This document shows positions 11,693 through 24,132 of a stretch of 64,000 nucleotides of DNA, in pieces (the first letter of the stretch is position 1; each line of letters opens with the position of its first letter). The notes below the pieces were generated by a model. It saw only the letters and a program-made list of their open reading frames with translations. It did not search any database and was not told the DNA's origin. The stretch lies in NCBI RefSeq assembly GCF_003334385.1, contig NZ_QOWN01000025.1, one strand, 5' to 3'. Origin of the DNA: Escherichia coli (lineage in GTDB: Bacteria > Pseudomonadota > Gammaproteobacteria > Enterobacterales > Enterobacteriaceae). A program made the position numbers and the translations under genes.

Positions 11693-12736
11693 ATGCGCTA
11701 TCGCATTTTCCTTCTCTTTTTTTTCGCTTTGTTGCCGACGTCTTTGGTGTGGGCGGCACCAGCGCAACGGGCGTTTTCCGACTGGCAGGTCACCTGTAAT
11801 AACCAAAATTTCTGCGTGGCGCGTAATACGGGCGATCATAATGGACTGGTGATGACCCTGAGCCGCAGCGCCGGGGCGCATACCGATGCCGTTTTACGTA
11901 TTGAGCGCGGCGGATTGAAGTCGCCGGAGGCGTCAGAAGGGGAGATAGCGCCACGGCTGCTGTTAGATGGCGAGCCGTTGGCGTTAAGTGGTGACAAGTG
12001 GCGGATTTCACCATGGTTATTAGTAACCGATGATACGGCAACCATCACCGCGTTTTTGCAGATGATTCAGGAAGGGAAGGCAATCACCTTACGCGATGGC
12101 GATCAGACCATTTCTCTGAGTGGCTTAAAAGCAGCGTTGTTGTTTATTGATGCTCAGCAAAAGCGCGTTGGCAGTGAAACCGCGTGGATCAAGAAAGGGG
12201 ACGAACCGCCGCTCAGCGTACCGCCCGCGCCTGCGCTGAAAGAGGTCGCGGTGGTTAACCCAACGCCGACGCCACTCTCACTCGAAGAACGCAACGATTT
12301 GCTGGATTATGGAAACTGGCGGATGAATGGTCTGCGCTGCTCGCTTGATCCATTGCGTCGTGAGGTGAATGTCACTGCGCTGACTGATGATAAAGCGCTG
12401 ATGATGATTAGCTGTGAGGCAGGGGCCTATAACACCATTGATTTGGCATGGATTGTGTCGCGTAAAAAGCCACTAGCTTCGCGCCCGGTTCGGTTGCGTT
12501 TGCCGTTCAACAACGGTCAGGAGACGAATGAACTGGAACTGATGAACGCAACATTTGATGAGAAATCGCGTGAACTGGTGACCTTAGCGAAAGGGCGCGG
12601 ATTAAGCGATTGTGGCATTCAGGCGCGCTGGCGCTTTGACGGTCAGCGTTTTCGCCTGGTGCGTTACGCCGCAGAACCCACCTGCGATAACTGGCATGGG
12701 CCAGACGCCTGGCCCACGTTGTGGATCACCCGTTAA
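11693..12736 (+). CDS. ypfG: DUF1176 periplasmic protein YpfG
   Basis: 347 aa with signal peptide; matches YpfG. Confidence 0.88.
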   Translation: MRYRIFLLFFFALLPTSLVWAAPAQRAFSDWQVTCNNQNFCVARNTGDHNGLVMTLSRSAGAHTDAVLRIERGGLKSPEASEGEIAPRLLLDGEPLALSGDKWRISPWLLVTDDTATITAFLQMIQEGKAITLRDGDQTISLSGLKAALLFIDAQQKRVGSETAWIKKGDEPPLSVPPAPALKEVAVVNPTPTPLSLEERNDLLDYGNWRMNGLRCSLDPLRREVNVTALTDDKALMMISCEAGAYNTIDLAWIVSRKKPLASRPVRLRLPFNNGQETNELELMNATFDEKSRELVTLAKGRGLSDCGIQARWRFDGQRFRLVRYAAEPTCDNWHGPDAWPTLWITR

Positions 12737-12751
12737 ACAAAATGGCGGGAC

Positions 12752-12822
12752 ATGTAGGCCGGATAAGACGCTGTAGGCCGGATAAGACGCGTCAGCGTCG
12801 CATCCGGCAATCAGCATCCGGC
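12752..12822. repeat. REP elements between ypfG and tktB
   Basis: taggccggataagacg repeated plus cgtcagcgtcgcatccggca palindromes. Confidence 0.8.
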
Positions 12823-12830
12823 AATCACCA

Positions 12831-14834
12831 TCAGGCACCTTTCACTCCCAGCACCTTATGCGCTTTTGCCACAATATTCTCGGCGGTAAAGCCAAAGAAC
12901 GGGAACAGCTTATCCGCCGGAGCAGATTCCCCGTAACCCGTCATCCCGACAATTGCCCCTTTCAGACCAACATACTTGTACCAGTAATCGGCAATACCTG
13001 CTTCCACCGCCACGCGAGCCGCAACGTTAGAAGGCAACACCGACTCCCGATATTCCTCATCCTGGGCGTCGAAAATATCGGTCGAGGGCAGGGAAACTAC
13101 GCGTACATTGCGACCTTCTCCTGCTAATTTCTCTGCCGCTTGCAGGGTAATTTCCATCTCTGAACCGGTGGCAATCAGAATAATATCTGGCTTACCGCCG
13201 CTGTCTTTCAGCACATAACCGCCACGAGCAATCTCTTTAACCTGATCCGGCGTACGTTCCACCTGGGCCAGATTCTGCCTTGAGAGGATCAGTGCCGTCG
13301 GTCCGTTGTGGCGCTCAACCGCCAGCTTCCAGCCCACCGCCGCTTCCACCTGATCGCACGGTCGCCAGGTGCTGAAATTTGGCGTTAAGCGCAGGCTGGC
13401 CAGTTGCTCAACAGCCTGGTGCGTCGGACCATCTTCGCCCAGGCCAATTGAGTCGTGGGTATAAACCATAATCTGCCGCGCTTTCATCAGTGCCGCCATC
13501 CGCGCGGCGTTACGGGCGTATTCAACAAACATCAGGAACGTCGCGGTATACGGCACAAAGCCGCCGTGGTGCGCGATGCCGTTGGCGATAGCGGTCATGC
13601 CAAATTCACGCACCCCGTAGTGAATGTAGTTGCCCGCTGGATCTTCCTTCAGCGAAACAGAACCTTTCCAGATGGTCAGGTTGCTGGGAGCCAGATCCGC
13701 CGAACCGCCGAGCAACTCAGGCAGCATCGGCCCGTAAGCGTTAAGCGTATTTTGCGAAGCCTTACGGGTAGCGATTTTCGCCGGATTTGCCTGTAACTCA
13801 TTGATATATTTCTGAGTCGTTTTCTCCCAGTCCTTCGGTAAACCACCGCTCATCCGTCGGGTAAACTCTTCTGCCAGTTGCGGATGAGCCTTTTTATAGG
13901 CGGCAAACTTCTCATTCCAGCTCTGCTGCGCTTTTTCGCCTTTTTCACGGGCATCCCAGGCGTGATAAATCTCTTTAGGGATCTCAAATGGCGGATGGTG
14001 CCAGCCCAGTTTTTGCCGTGCCAGCGCCACTTCTTCTTCCCCCAGTGGTGCGCCGTGCGCCTCTTCCTTACCTGCTTTATTCGGCGAACCAAAGCCAATC
14101 ACCGTACGGCAGATAATCAGCGACGGCTTATCTTTCACGCTTTGCGCTTCAAGGATCGCTTCCTTCACCGCCTGCGGATCGTGACCGTCGATTTCATGGA
14201 TCACATGCCAGTGATAGGCTTCAAAACGTTTTGCCGTATCGTCGGTAAACCAGCCTTCTGTTTCACCGTCGATGGAAATACCGTTGTGATCGTAAAAACC
14301 AATCAGCTTGCCCAGTCCCAGCGTGCCTGCCAGCGAACAGACTTCGTGGGAAATACCTTCCATCAGGCAGCCGTCGCCCATAAACACATAGGTGAAGTGA
14401 TCGACGATCTCATGGTCTGGCTGGTTAAACTGCGCCGCCAGTGTACGCTCTGCTATCGCCAGCCCGACGGCGTTCGCCAAACCTTGTCCAAGCGGGCCGG
14501 TGGTGGTTTCAACGCCTGGCGTATAGCCAATCTCCGGGTGGCCTGGGGTTTTCGAATGCAACTGACGGAAGTTCTTCAGTTCTTCCAGCGGCAGGTCGTA
14601 ACCGGTCAGATGTAGCAAACTGTAGAGCAGCATCGACGCGTGACCGTTGGAAAGAATAAAGCGGTCGCGATCATACCAGGTTGGGTCGGTAGGGTTATGT
14701 TTAAGAAAATCGTTCCACAGCACTTCGGCAATATCAGCCATGCCCATCGGCGCGCCGGGATGACCAGAGTTGGCTTTTTGTACCGCATCCATACTGAGTG
14801 CGCGAATCGCATTGGCAAGGTCTTTTCGGGACAT
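12831..14834 (-). CDS. tktB: transketolase 2
   Basis: ORF 12831..14897; Met at 14834 gives 667 aa ([21 protein letters not shown]...); TPP-binding motifs. Confidence 0.95.
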   Translation of the reverse strand: MSRKDLANAIRALSMDAVQKANSGHPGAPMGMADIAEVLWNDFLKHNPTDPTWYDRDRFILSNGHASMLLYSLLHLTGYDLPLEELKNFRQLHSKTPGHPEIGYTPGVETTTGPLGQGLANAVGLAIAERTLAAQFNQPDHEIVDHFTYVFMGDGCLMEGISHEVCSLAGTLGLGKLIGFYDHNGISIDGETEGWFTDDTAKRFEAYHWHVIHEIDGHDPQAVKEAILEAQSVKDKPSLIICRTVIGFGSPNKAGKEEAHGAPLGEEEVALARQKLGWHHPPFEIPKEIYHAWDAREKGEKAQQSWNEKFAAYKKAHPQLAEEFTRRMSGGLPKDWEKTTQKYINELQANPAKIATRKASQNTLNAYGPMLPELLGGSADLAPSNLTIWKGSVSLKEDPAGNYIHYGVREFGMTAIANGIAHHGGFVPYTATFLMFVEYARNAARMAALMKARQIMVYTHDSIGLGEDGPTHQAVEQLASLRLTPNFSTWRPCDQVEAAVGWKLAVERHNGPTALILSRQNLAQVERTPDQVKEIARGGYVLKDSGGKPDIILIATGSEMEITLQAAEKLAGEGRNVRVVSLPSTDIFDAQDEEYRESVLPSNVAARVAVEAGIADYWYKYVGLKGAIVGMTGYGESAPADKLFPFFGFTAENIVAKAHKVLGVKGA

Positions 14835-14853
14835 ATAACACTCCGTGGCTGGT

Positions 14854-15804
14854 TTATAGTTTGGCGGCAAGAAGATCTTCCAGTTTGCGTTGATCAACGG
14901 CGAACAGACGAATGCCTTCAGACAGTTTTTCTACCGCCATCGCATCCTGATTGTGCTCCCAACGGAACTCCGCTTCGCTCATGGGAGCTGGGCGTGGGAA
15001 CGTCTGAGAAGGTGGGATTAATTTACGTACCACTGGCGAAACTTTTTCCTGCAGCTCCTTCAGTAAATTCGGTGCGATAGTCAGTCGATCGCAGCCGGTT
15101 AAGGCGAGGATTTGTTCGGTGCGACGGAAGCTCGCGCCCATCACAATGGTTTCATAGTGGTGTTGCTTATAGTAGTCGTAGATATTGCGCACCGATTTAA
15201 CGCCCGGATCTTCTTCCACCACATACGGGTCCATCGGCTTGCGTGCCTGATACCAGTCATAAATACGCCCGACAAACGGCGAAATCAGAAAAACGCCTGC
15301 TTCCGCACAGGCCCGTGCCTGTGCAAAAGAAAACAGCAGCGTCAGGTTGCAGTTAATACCTTCTTTTTCCAGCTCTTCTGCCGCGCGAATTCCTTCCCAG
15401 GTCGAAGCCAGCTTGATCAGAATGCGTGATTTCTCAACGCCTTGTTGCTGATACAAGTCCACCAGATGGCGCGCCTTCTCAATACTCTTTTCTTTATCAA
15501 AAGAGAGGCGTGCATCAACTTCTGTTGACACGCGACCGGGTACGATTTTGAGGATTTCAGCACCGAAATTGACCGCCAGTTTGTCACACGCTGCGACCAC
15601 CTGTTGTTCCTGGGTCTTGCCATTTTTTTTACCCCAGGCGATAGCATCGTCTATTAAATGCTCATATTGTGATAATCCGGCAGCTTTGAGTAACAGCGAA
15701 GGATTGGTGGTGGCATCCTGGGGATGATAATGGCGAATGGACTCAATATCGCCGCTGTCTGCCACGACAGTGGTGAACTGTTTGATGCCGTCTAACTCGT
15801 TCAT
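14854..15804 (-). CDS. talA: transaldolase A
   Basis: 316 aa; matches TalA; immediately upstream of tktB (talA-tktB operon). Confidence 0.95.
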   Translation of the reverse strand: MNELDGIKQFTTVVADSGDIESIRHYHPQDATTNPSLLLKAAGLSQYEHLIDDAIAWGKKNGKTQEQQVVAACDKLAVNFGAEILKIVPGRVSTEVDARLSFDKEKSIEKARHLVDLYQQQGVEKSRILIKLASTWEGIRAAEELEKEGINCNLTLLFSFAQARACAEAGVFLISPFVGRIYDWYQARKPMDPYVVEEDPGVKSVRNIYDYYKQHHYETIVMGASFRRTEQILALTGCDRLTIAPNLLKELQEKVSPVVRKLIPPSQTFPRPAPMSEAEFRWEHNQDAMAVEKLSEGIRLFAVDQRKLEDLLAAKL

Positions 15805-16092
15805 AGGAAATACTCCTTGAAAAGTAAAGTGTTAGATGAGTGCGTTAATTCACACTTCTGAGAAATTTCGCTAAACGCATCAAAAAAGCATAGCAGACAG
15901 GCATGGTATTGCTGGATTAAGCAGGTAACATCAGTGTTATAGGATTATTACCAAAACATTATATTAATGGTGAGAGTTTGGACTTGCTCAAAGTCTGTAG
16001 ACTCCGGCAGGGTAATAATGTGCGCCACGTTGTGGGCAGGGGCTGTTGCCCACACACTTTATTTGTGAACGTTACGTGAAAGGAACAACCAA

Positions 16093-18372
16093 ATGGATGA
16101 CCAGTTAAAACAAAGTGCACTTGATTTCCATGAATTTCCAGTTCCAGGGAAAATCCAGGTTTCTCCAACCAAGCCTCTGGCAACACAGCGCGATCTGGCG
16201 CTGGCCTACTCACCAGGCGTTGCCGCACCTTGTCTTGAAATCGAAAAAGACCCGTTAAAAGCCTACAAATATACCGCCCGCGGTAACCTGGTGGCGGTGA
16301 TCTCTAACGGTACGGCGGTGCTGGGGTTAGGCAACATTGGCGCGCTGGCAGGCAAACCGGTGATGGAAGGCAAGGGCGTTCTGTTTAAGAAATTCGCCGG
16401 GATTGATGTATTTGACATTGAAGTTGACGAACTCGACCCGGACAAATTTATTGAAGTTGTCGCCGCGCTCGAACCAACCTTCGGCGGCATCAACCTCGAA
16501 GACATTAAAGCGCCAGAATGTTTCTATATTGAACAGAAACTGCGCGAGCGGATGAATATTCCGGTATTCCACGACGATCAGCACGGCACGGCAATTATCA
16601 GCACTGCCGCCATCCTCAACGGCTTGCGCGTGGTGGAGAAAAACATCTCCGACGTGCGGATGGTGGTTTCCGGCGCGGGTGCCGCAGCAATCGCCTGTAT
16701 GAACCTGCTGGTAGCGCTGGGTCTGCAAAAACATAACATCGTGGTTTGCGATTCAAAAGGCGTTATCTATCAGGGCCGTGAGCCAAACATGGCGGAAACC
16801 AAAGCCGCATATGCGGTGGTGGATGACGGCAAACGTACCCTCGATGATGTGATTGAAGGCGCGGATATTTTCCTGGGCTGTTCCGGCCCGAAAGTGCTGA
16901 CCCAGGAAATGGTGAAGAAAATGGCTCGTGCGCCAATGATCCTGGCGCTGGCGAACCCGGAACCGGAAATTCTGCCGCCGCTGGCGAAAGAAGTGCGTCC
17001 GGATGCCATCATTTGCACCGGTCGTTCTGACTATCCGAACCAGGTGAACAACGTCCTGTGCTTCCCGTTCATCTTCCGTGGCGCGCTGGACGTTGGCGCA
17101 ACCGCCATCAACGAAGAGATGAAACTGGCGGCGGTACGTGCGATTGCAGAACTCGCCCATGCGGAACAGAGCGAAGTGGTGGCTTCAGCGTATGGCGATC
17201 AGGATCTGAGCTTTGGTCCGGAATACATCATTCCAAAACCGTTTGATCCGCGCTTGATCGTTAAGATCGCTCCTGCGGTCGCTAAAGCCGCGATGGAGTC
17301 GGGCGTGGCGACTCGTCCGATTGCTGATTTCGACGTCTACATCGACAAGCTGACTGAGTTCGTTTACAAAACCAACCTGTTTATGAAGCCGATTTTCTCC
17401 CAGGCTCGCAAAGCGCCGAAGCGCGTTGTTCTGCCGGAAGGGGAAGAGGCGCGCGTTCTGCATGCCACTCAGGAACTGGTAACGCTGGGACTGGCGAAAC
17501 CGATCCTTATCGGTCGTCCGAACGTGATCGAAATGCGCATTCAGAAACTGGGCTTGCAGATCAAAGCGGGCGTTGATTTTGAGATCGTCAATAACGAATC
17601 CGATCCGCGCTTTAAAGAGTACTGGACCGAATACTTCCAGATCATGAAGCGTCGCGGCGTCACTCAGGAACAGGCGCAGCGGGCGCTGATCAGTAACCCG
17701 ACAGTGATCGGCGCGATCATGGTTCAGCGTGGGGAAGCCGATGCAATGATTTGCGGTACGGTGGGTGATTATCATGAACATTTTAGCGTGGTGAAAAATG
17801 TCTTTGGTTATCGCGATGGCGTTCACACCGCAGGTGCCATGAACGCGCTGCTGCTGCCGAGTGGTAACACCTTTATTGCCGATACATATGTTAATGATGA
17901 ACCGGATGCAGAAGAGCTGGCGGAGATCACCTTGATGGCGGCAGAAACTGTCCGTCGTTTTGGTATTGAGCCGCGCGTTGCTTTGTTGTCGCACTCCAAC
18001 TTTGGTTCTTCTGACTGCCCGTCGTCGAGCAAAATGCGTCAGGCGCTGGAACTGGTCAGGGAACGTGCACCAGAACTGATGATTGATGGTGAAATGCACG
18101 GCGATGCAGCGCTGGTGGAAGCGATTCGCAACGACCGTATGCCGGACAGCTCTTTGAAAGGTTCCGCCAATATTCTGGTGATGCCGAACATGGAAGCTGC
18201 CCGCATTAGTTACAACTTACTGCGTGTTTCCAGCTCGGAAGGTGTGACTGTCGGCCCGGTGCTGATGGGTGTGGCGAAACCGGTTCACGTGTTAACGCCG
18301 ATCGCATCGGTGCGTCGTATCGTCAACATGGTGGCGCTGGCCGTGGTAGAAGCGCAAACCCAACCGCTGTAA
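16093..18372 (+). CDS. maeB: NADP-dependent malic enzyme
   Basis: 759 aa; malic enzyme domain plus C-terminal PTA-like domain. Confidence 0.95.
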
Positions 18373-18419
18373 TTTTTTTTAACTCTCACGCTTACCCTGA
18401 ATATTCAGGGTAAGCAGTT

Positions 18420-18664
18420 TAGCTGCAATATATTAGTAAAGCTTATTACTGAGTTTGCGAATAATAAAAAAAAGCAGTCTATATAATATCTCGATATTAT
18501 TTTATTTATATTCATGCGTTGCATATGAAAGTTTATGCACCACAGCGAATATCTCTCCATTCTTAGTGATCTACCTCACCTTTTAAACGCGCTTGCCGAA
18601 TTTTGTTATTTACTCTGACGAAAAATTGTCACGATACACGAAAGTTTTTCACAGGCGGCGACTC
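18420..18664 (+). promoter_or_regulatory. AT-rich eut operon upstream region (main promoter expected here)
   Basis: About 245 bp AT-rich intergenic stretch immediately upstream of eutS; promoter location inferred from operon organisation. Confidence 0.4.
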
Positions 18665-19000
18665 ATGGATAAAGAACGCATCATTCAGGAATTTGTGCCC
18701 GGCAAACAGGTCACACTGGCGCATCTCATCGCGCATCCCGGTGAGGAACTGGCGAAGAAAATCGGCGTTCCGGATGCGGGCGCAATTGGCATTATGACGC
18801 TAACTCCCGGCGAAACGGCGATGATCGCCGGTGATTTAGCGCTGAAAGCCGCTGATGTGCATATCGGTTTTCTCGACCGATTCAGCGGTGCATTGGTGAT
18901 TTATGGCTCGGTGGGCGCAGTAGAAGAAGCGTTATCACAAACCGTCAGCGGTTTAGGTCGCTTATTAAATTATACGCTTTGTGAAATGACCAAAAGTTAA
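18665..19000 (+). CDS. eutS: BMC shell protein EutS
   Basis: 111 aa from [10 protein letters not shown]...; PduU/EutS-type BMC domain. Confidence 0.9.
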
Positions 19001-19012
19001 TACGAGGCATTC

Positions 19013-19492
19013 ATGAAACGAATTGCGTTTGTGGGTAGCGTCGGGGCAGGAAAAACAACGTTATTTAATGCGTTGCAGGGGAATTATACCCTCGCCAGAA
19101 AAACACAGGCCGTGGAATTTAATGATAAGGGCGATATTGATACGCCGGGTGAATATTTTAACCATCCCCGCTGGTATCACGCCTTAATTACCACGCTACA
19201 GGATGTAGACATGCTGATCTATGTCCATGGCGCAAATGACCCGGAAAGTCGGTTGCCTGCCGGGTTGCTGGATATTGGCGTCAGCAAACGGCAAATCGCC
19301 GTCATCAGTAAAACGGACATGCCAGATGCTGACGTCGCCGCAACGCGAAAGTTATTGCTTGAGACGGGTTTCGAAGAGCCGATTTTCGAGCTAAACAGCC
19401 ACGACCCGCAAAGCGTGCAGCAACTGGTGGATTATCTGGCATCTCTCACCAAACAGGAGGAAGCAGGTGAAAAAACTCATCACAGCGAATGA
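19013..19492 (+). CDS. eutP: ethanolamine utilization GTPase/kinase-like protein EutP
   Basis: 159 aa; P-loop GSVGAGKTT. Confidence 0.9.
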   Translation: MKRIAFVGSVGAGKTTLFNALQGNYTLARKTQAVEFNDKGDIDTPGEYFNHPRWYHALITTLQDVDMLIYVHGANDPESRLPAGLLDIGVSKRQIAVISKTDMPDADVAATRKLLLETGFEEPIFELNSHDPQSVQQLVDYLASLTKQEEAGEKTHHSE

Positions 19493-20168
19493 TATTCGTG
19501 AAGCACACGCGCGCGGCGAACAGGCAATGTCCGTGGTTCTGCGCGCCAGCATTATTACCCCGGAAGCCCGTGAAGTGGCGGATCTACTGGGTTTTACCAT
19601 CACCGAATGTGATGAATCGATCCCGGTAACGGCGTCCGTGCCCGCCAGCGTGCCAGCCGACAAAACCGAAAGCCAGCGCATCCGCGAAACCATCATTGCC
19701 CAGCTGCCGGAAGGCCAGTTTACCGAAAGCCTGGTCGCACAGCTGATGGAAAAAGTGATGAAGGAAAAACAGTCGCTGGAGCAGGGCGCAATGCAGCCGA
19801 GCTTCAAATCGGTGACCGGCAAAGGCGGCATCAAAGTGATTGATGGCAGTAGCGTCAAGTTTGGTCGTTTCGACGGCGCAGAGCCGCATTGCGTGGGCTT
19901 GACTGATCTTGTGACCGGAGACGACGGCAGCAGCATGGCCGCCGGTTTTATGCAGTGGGAGAACGCATTCTTCCCGTGGACCCTGAACTACGACGAAATC
20001 GACATGGTGCTGGAAGGGGAGCTGCATGTTCGCCACGAAGGCCAAACCATGATCGCCAAAGCAGGCGACGTGATGTTTATCCCGAAAGGCTCCAGCATCG
20101 AATTTGGTACGACATCCAGCGTGAAATTCCTGTATGTCGCCTGGCCGGCTAACTGGCAATCCCTATGA
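19467..20168 (+). CDS. eutQ: ethanolamine utilization cupin protein EutQ
   Basis: 233 aa; matches EutQ. Confidence 0.9.
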   Translation: MKKLITANDIREAHARGEQAMSVVLRASIITPEAREVADLLGFTITECDESIPVTASVPASVPADKTESQRIRETIIAQLPEGQFTESLVAQLMEKVMKEKQSLEQGAMQPSFKSVTGKGGIKVIDGSSVKFGRFDGAEPHCVGLTDLVTGDDGSSMAAGFMQWENAFFPWTLNYDEIDMVLEGELHVRHEGQTMIAKAGDVMFIPKGSSIEFGTTSSVKFLYVAWPANWQSL

Positions 20169-20968
20169 AAGATTTCATCACCGAAGCATGGCTAAGAGCG
20201 AACCATACGCTCAGCGAAGGCGCAGAGATCCATCTCCCTGCGGACAGTCGCCTGACGCCCTCTGCCCGGGAGTTGCTGGAAAGCCGCCATCTGCGCATCA
20301 AGTTTATTGACGAGCAGGGCCGCCTGTTTGTTGACGATGAACAGCAGCAGCCGCAGCCCGTTCATGGGCTGACCAGTAGCGATGAACATCCGCAGGCGTG
20401 CTGCGAACTGTGTCGCCAGCCGGTGGCAAAAAAGCCGGATACGCTGACTCACCTGTCGGCGGAAAAAATGGTCGCCAAAAGCGATCCGCGTCTGGGTTTT
20501 CGCGCGGTTCTCGACAGCACCATTGCGCTGGCAGTGTGGCTGCAAATTGAACTGGCGGAACCGTGGCAGCCGTGGCTGGCGGATATCCGTTCGCGTCTTG
20601 GCAACATTATGCGCGCCGATGCGCTGGGGGAACCGCTGGGCTGCCAGGCGATTGTCGGGCTTTCTGACGAAGATCTGCATCGGCTTTCTCATCAGCCGCT
20701 GCGCTATCTCGACCACGATCATCTGGTGCCGGAAGCCAGCCACGGGCGCGATGCTGCGTTGCTCAATCTGCTACGCACCAAAGTGCGGGAAACCGAAACC
20801 GTAGCGGCGCAGGTCTTTATCACCCGCAGCTTTGAAGTATTACGCCCGGACATTTTGCAGGCGCTGAACCGCCTTTCGAGCACGGTCTACGTGATGATGA
20901 TCCTGAGCGTAACGAAGCAGCCGCTAACGGTGAAGCAGATCCAACAACGACTGGGGGAAACGCAATGA
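20165..20968 (+). CDS. eutT: cob(I)alamin adenosyltransferase EutT
   Basis: 267 aa; ATGA overlap with eutQ; matches EutT. Confidence 0.9.
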
Positions 20969-21981
20969 TTATTGAACGTTGTCGTGAACTGGCGTTGCGA
21001 GCGCCCGCCAGAGTGGTTTTTCCGGATGCGTTAGACCAACGTGTGCTGAAAGCCGCGCAATATTTACATCAACAAGGTCTGGCAACGCCCATTCTGGTCG
21101 CCAATCCGTTTGAACTTCGTCAGTTTGCGCTCAGTCACGGCGTGGCGATGGACGGGCTACAGGTGATTGATCCGCATGGCAACCTCGCAATGCGGGAAGA
21201 ATTTGCTCATCGCTGGCTGGCCCGCGCGGGCGAAAAAACGCCGCCGGATGCGCTGGAAAAACTTACCGACCCTCTGATGTTCGCCGCAGCAATGGTCAGC
21301 GCCGGTAAAGCGGATGTCTGTATCGCGGGCAACCTCTCTTCCACGGCAAATGTGCTGCGTGCCGGATTACGCATTATCGGCTTGCAGCCAGGCTGTAAAA
21401 CGCTCTCTTCCATTTTCCTGATGTTGCCACAGTACAGCGGCCCGGCGTTGGGCTTTGCCGATTGCAGCGTGGTGCCACAGCCGACGGCGGCGCAGCTGGC
21501 GGATATCGCGCTTGCCAGTGCCGAAACCTGGCGCGCCATCACCGGAGAAGAGCCGCGCGTGGCGATGCTGTCGTTTTCCAGCAATGGTAGCGCCCGTCAC
21601 CCCTGTGTTGCTAACGTCCAGCAGGCGACAGAAATCGTCCGTGAGCGCGCACCAAAGCTGGTGGTGGATGGCGAGTTACAGTTTGACGCCGCCTTCGTGC
21701 CGGAAGTGGCGGCGCAAAAAGCGCCTGCCAGCCCGCTACAGGGCAAGGCCAATGTGATGGTTTTTCCGTCGCTGGAAGCCGGAAATATTGGTTACAAAAT
21801 CGCACAACGACTCGGCGGATATCGTGCCGTCGGGCCACTGATACAAGGACTTGCCGCGCCGATGCACGATCTCTCTCGTGGTTGTAGCGTGCAGGAAATT
21901 ATCGAGCTGGCGCTGGTGGCAGCTGTGCCGCGTCAGACAGAAGTGAACCGCGAAAGCAGTTTACAAACACTGGTTGAATGA
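20965..21981 (+). CDS. eutD: phosphotransacetylase EutD
   Basis: 338 aa; PTA family. Confidence 0.92.
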
Positions 21982-22019
21982 ACGGTCCCGTTCTGGACCC
22001 TGATAAAGAGGAAAGCACA

Positions 22020-22313
22020 ATGGAAGCATTAGGAATGATCGAAACCCGGGGCCTGGTTGCACTGATTGAGGCTTCTGACGCGATGGTGAAAGCTGCGCGC
22101 GTCAAGCTGGTTGGTGTTAAGCAGATTGGCGGCGGCCTGTGTACTGCCATGGTTCGTGGTGATGTTGCAGCCTGTAAAGCCGCGACCGATGCAGGTGCCG
22201 CAGCGGCACAGCGTATCGGCGAGCTGGTATCTGTACACGTTATCCCGCGTCCGCACGGCGACCTGGAAGAAGTCTTCCCGATCGGCCTGAAAGGCGATAG
22301 CAGCAACCTGTAA
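22020..22313 (+). CDS. eutM: BMC shell protein EutM
   Basis: 97 aa from [12 protein letters not shown]...; canonical BMC-H. Confidence 0.92.
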   Translation: MEALGMIETRGLVALIEASDAMVKAARVKLVGVKQIGGGLCTAMVRGDVAACKAATDAGAAAAQRIGELVSVHVIPRPHGDLEEVFPIGLKGDSSNL

Positions 22314-22419
22314 TCACCCTGTGTGACGTCGATTCGGGCGTCACGCTCTCTCCTTTTTCATTTTACCTTCTGCGGAGGGTAGGGGGAGCTTTTACCTGAA
22401 ATACGCCACGGAGGCGGGT

Positions 22420-22707
22420 ATGAAACTGGCAGTCGTCACTGGACAAATTGTTTGTACCGTACGCCATCACGGACTGGCGCATGACAAATTGCTGATGGTG
22501 GAAATGATTGATCCACAAGGTAATCCTGACGGGCAATGCGCCGTCGCCATCGACAATATTGGCGCGGGAACCGGGGAGTGGGTGTTACTGGTGAGTGGCA
22601 GTTCCGCCCGCCAGGCGCATAAAAGCGAAACGTCACCGGTCGATCTGTGCGTGATTGGCATTGTCGATGAGGTGGTGTCTGGCGGTCAGGTAATTTTCCA
22701 CAAATAA
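22420..22707 (+). CDS. eutN: BMC vertex protein EutN
   Basis: 95 aa; EutN/CcmL family. Confidence 0.92.
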   Translation: MKLAVVTGQIVCTVRHHGLAHDKLLMVEMIDPQGNPDGQCAVAIDNIGAGTGEWVLLVSGSSARQAHKSETSPVDLCVIGIVDEVVSGGQVIFHK

Positions 22708-22718
22708 GGCAGAACATC

Positions 22719-24122
22719 ATGAATCAACAGGATATTGAACAGGTGGTGAAAGCGGTACTGCTGAAAATGCAAAGCAGTGACACGCCGTCCGCCGCCGTTC
22801 ATGAGATGGGCGTTTTCGCGTCCCTGGATGACGCCGTTGCGGCAGCCAAAGTCGCCCAGCAAGGGTTAAAAAGCGTGGCAATGCGCCAGTTAGCCATTGC
22901 TGCCATTCGTGAAGCAGGCGAAAAACACGCCAGAGATTTAGCGGAACTTGCCGTCAGTGAAACCGGCATGGGGCGCGTTGAAGATAAATTTGCAAAAAAC
23001 GTCGCTCAGGCGCGCGGCACACCAGGCGTTGAGTGCCTCTCTCCGCAAGTGCTGACTGGCGACAACGGCCTGACCCTAATTGAAAACGCACCCTGGGGCG
23101 TGGTGGCTTCGGTGACGCCTTCCACTAACCCGGCGGCAACCGTAATTAACAACGCCATCAGCCTGATTGCCGCGGGCAACAGCGTCATTTTTGCCCCGCA
23201 TCCGGCGGCGAAAAAAGTCTCCCAGCGGGCGATTACGCTGCTCAACCAGGCGATTGTTGCCGCAGGTGGGCCGGAAAACTTACTGGTTACTGTGGCAAAT
23301 CCGGATATCGAAACCGCGCAACGCTTGTTCAAGTTTCCGGGTATCGGCCTGCTGGTGGTAACCGGCGGCGAAGCGGTAGTAGAAGCGGCGCGTAAACACA
23401 CCAATAAACGTCTGATTGCCGCAGGCGCTGGCAACCCGCCGGTAGTGGTGGATGAAACCGCCGACCTCGCCCGTGCCGCTCAGTCCATCGTCAAAGGCGC
23501 TTCTTTCGATAACAACATCATTTGTGCCGACGAAAAGGTACTGATTGTTGTTGATAGCGTAGCCGATGAACTGATGCGTCTGATGGAAGGCCAGCACGCG
23601 GTGAAACTGACCGCAGAACAGGCGCAGCAGCTGCAACCGGTGTTGCTGAAAAATATCGACGAGCGCGGAAAAGGCACCGTCAGCCGTGACTGGGTTGGTC
23701 GCGACGCAGGCAAAATCGCGGCGGCAATCGGCCTTAAAGTTCCGCAAGAAACGCGCCTGCTGTTTGTGGAAACCACCGCAGAACATCCGTTTGCCGTGAC
23801 TGAACTGATGATGCCGGTGTTGCCCGTCGTGCGCGTCGCCAACGTGGCGGATGCCATTGCGCTAGCGGTGAAACTGGAAGGCGGTTGCCACCACACGGCG
23901 GCAATGCACTCGCGCAACATCGAAAACATGAACCAGATGGCGAATGCTATTGATACCAGCATTTTCGTTAAGAACGGACCGTGCATTGCCGGGCTGGGGC
24001 TGGGCGGGGAAGGCTGGACCACCATGACCATCACCACGCCAACCGGTGAAGGGGTAACCAGCGCGCGTACGTTTGTCCGTCTGCGTCGCTGTGTATTAGT
24101 CGATGCGTTTCGCATTGTTTAA
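22719..24122 (+). CDS. eutE: acetaldehyde dehydrogenase (CoA-acylating) EutE
   Basis: 467 aa; aldehyde dehydrogenase family. Confidence 0.93.
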   Translation: MNQQDIEQVVKAVLLKMQSSDTPSAAVHEMGVFASLDDAVAAAKVAQQGLKSVAMRQLAIAAIREAGEKHARDLAELAVSETGMGRVEDKFAKNVAQARGTPGVECLSPQVLTGDNGLTLIENAPWGVVASVTPSTNPAATVINNAISLIAAGNSVIFAPHPAAKKVSQRAITLLNQAIVAAGGPENLLVTVANPDIETAQRLFKFPGIGLLVVTGGEAVVEAARKHTNKRLIAAGAGNPPVVVDETADLARAAQSIVKGASFDNNIICADEKVLIVVDSVADELMRLMEGQHAVKLTAEQAQQLQPVLLKNIDERGKGTVSRDWVGRDAGKIAAAIGLKVPQETRLLFVETTAEHPFAVTELMMPVLPVVRVANVADAIALAVKLEGGCHHTAAMHSRNIENMNQMANAIDTSIFVKNGPCIAGLGLGGEGWTTMTITTPTGEGVTSARTFVRLRRCVLVDAFRIV

Positions 24123-24132
24123 GGAGTAACAG

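Noticed and set aside
17185-18099. 304-aa ORF antisense to maeB (and similar long antisense ORFs at 8921..9829 versus aegA, 37124..38050 versus yfeX, 44390..45118 versus cysP, 58609..59250 versus ligA, 19584..20159 versus eutQ)
   Set aside because: All lie entirely within and opposite to well-supported genes, have arginine/histidine-rich low-complexity translations typical of antisense frames of GC-rich coding DNA, and lack plausible start contexts.
18392-18415. Perfect palindrome cttaccctgaatattcagggtaag just after maeB as a rho-independent terminator
   Set aside because: It is a clean inverted repeat, but it is not followed by a T-tract on the maeB strand; it may be a protein-binding site or a weak terminator, so it is not called as a feature.
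18593-18664. Longer 135-aa reading of eutS starting at 18593 (and similar upstream-extended ORFs for ypfH, ypfN, narQ, tktB, eutM, eutG, ypeA, yfeX, yfeW, murR, ucpA, cysM, zipA, ypeB, xapR)
   Set aside because: The extensions have no match to the known protein N-termini; starts were reset to the internal ATG/GTG that reproduces the characterised E. coli protein length.
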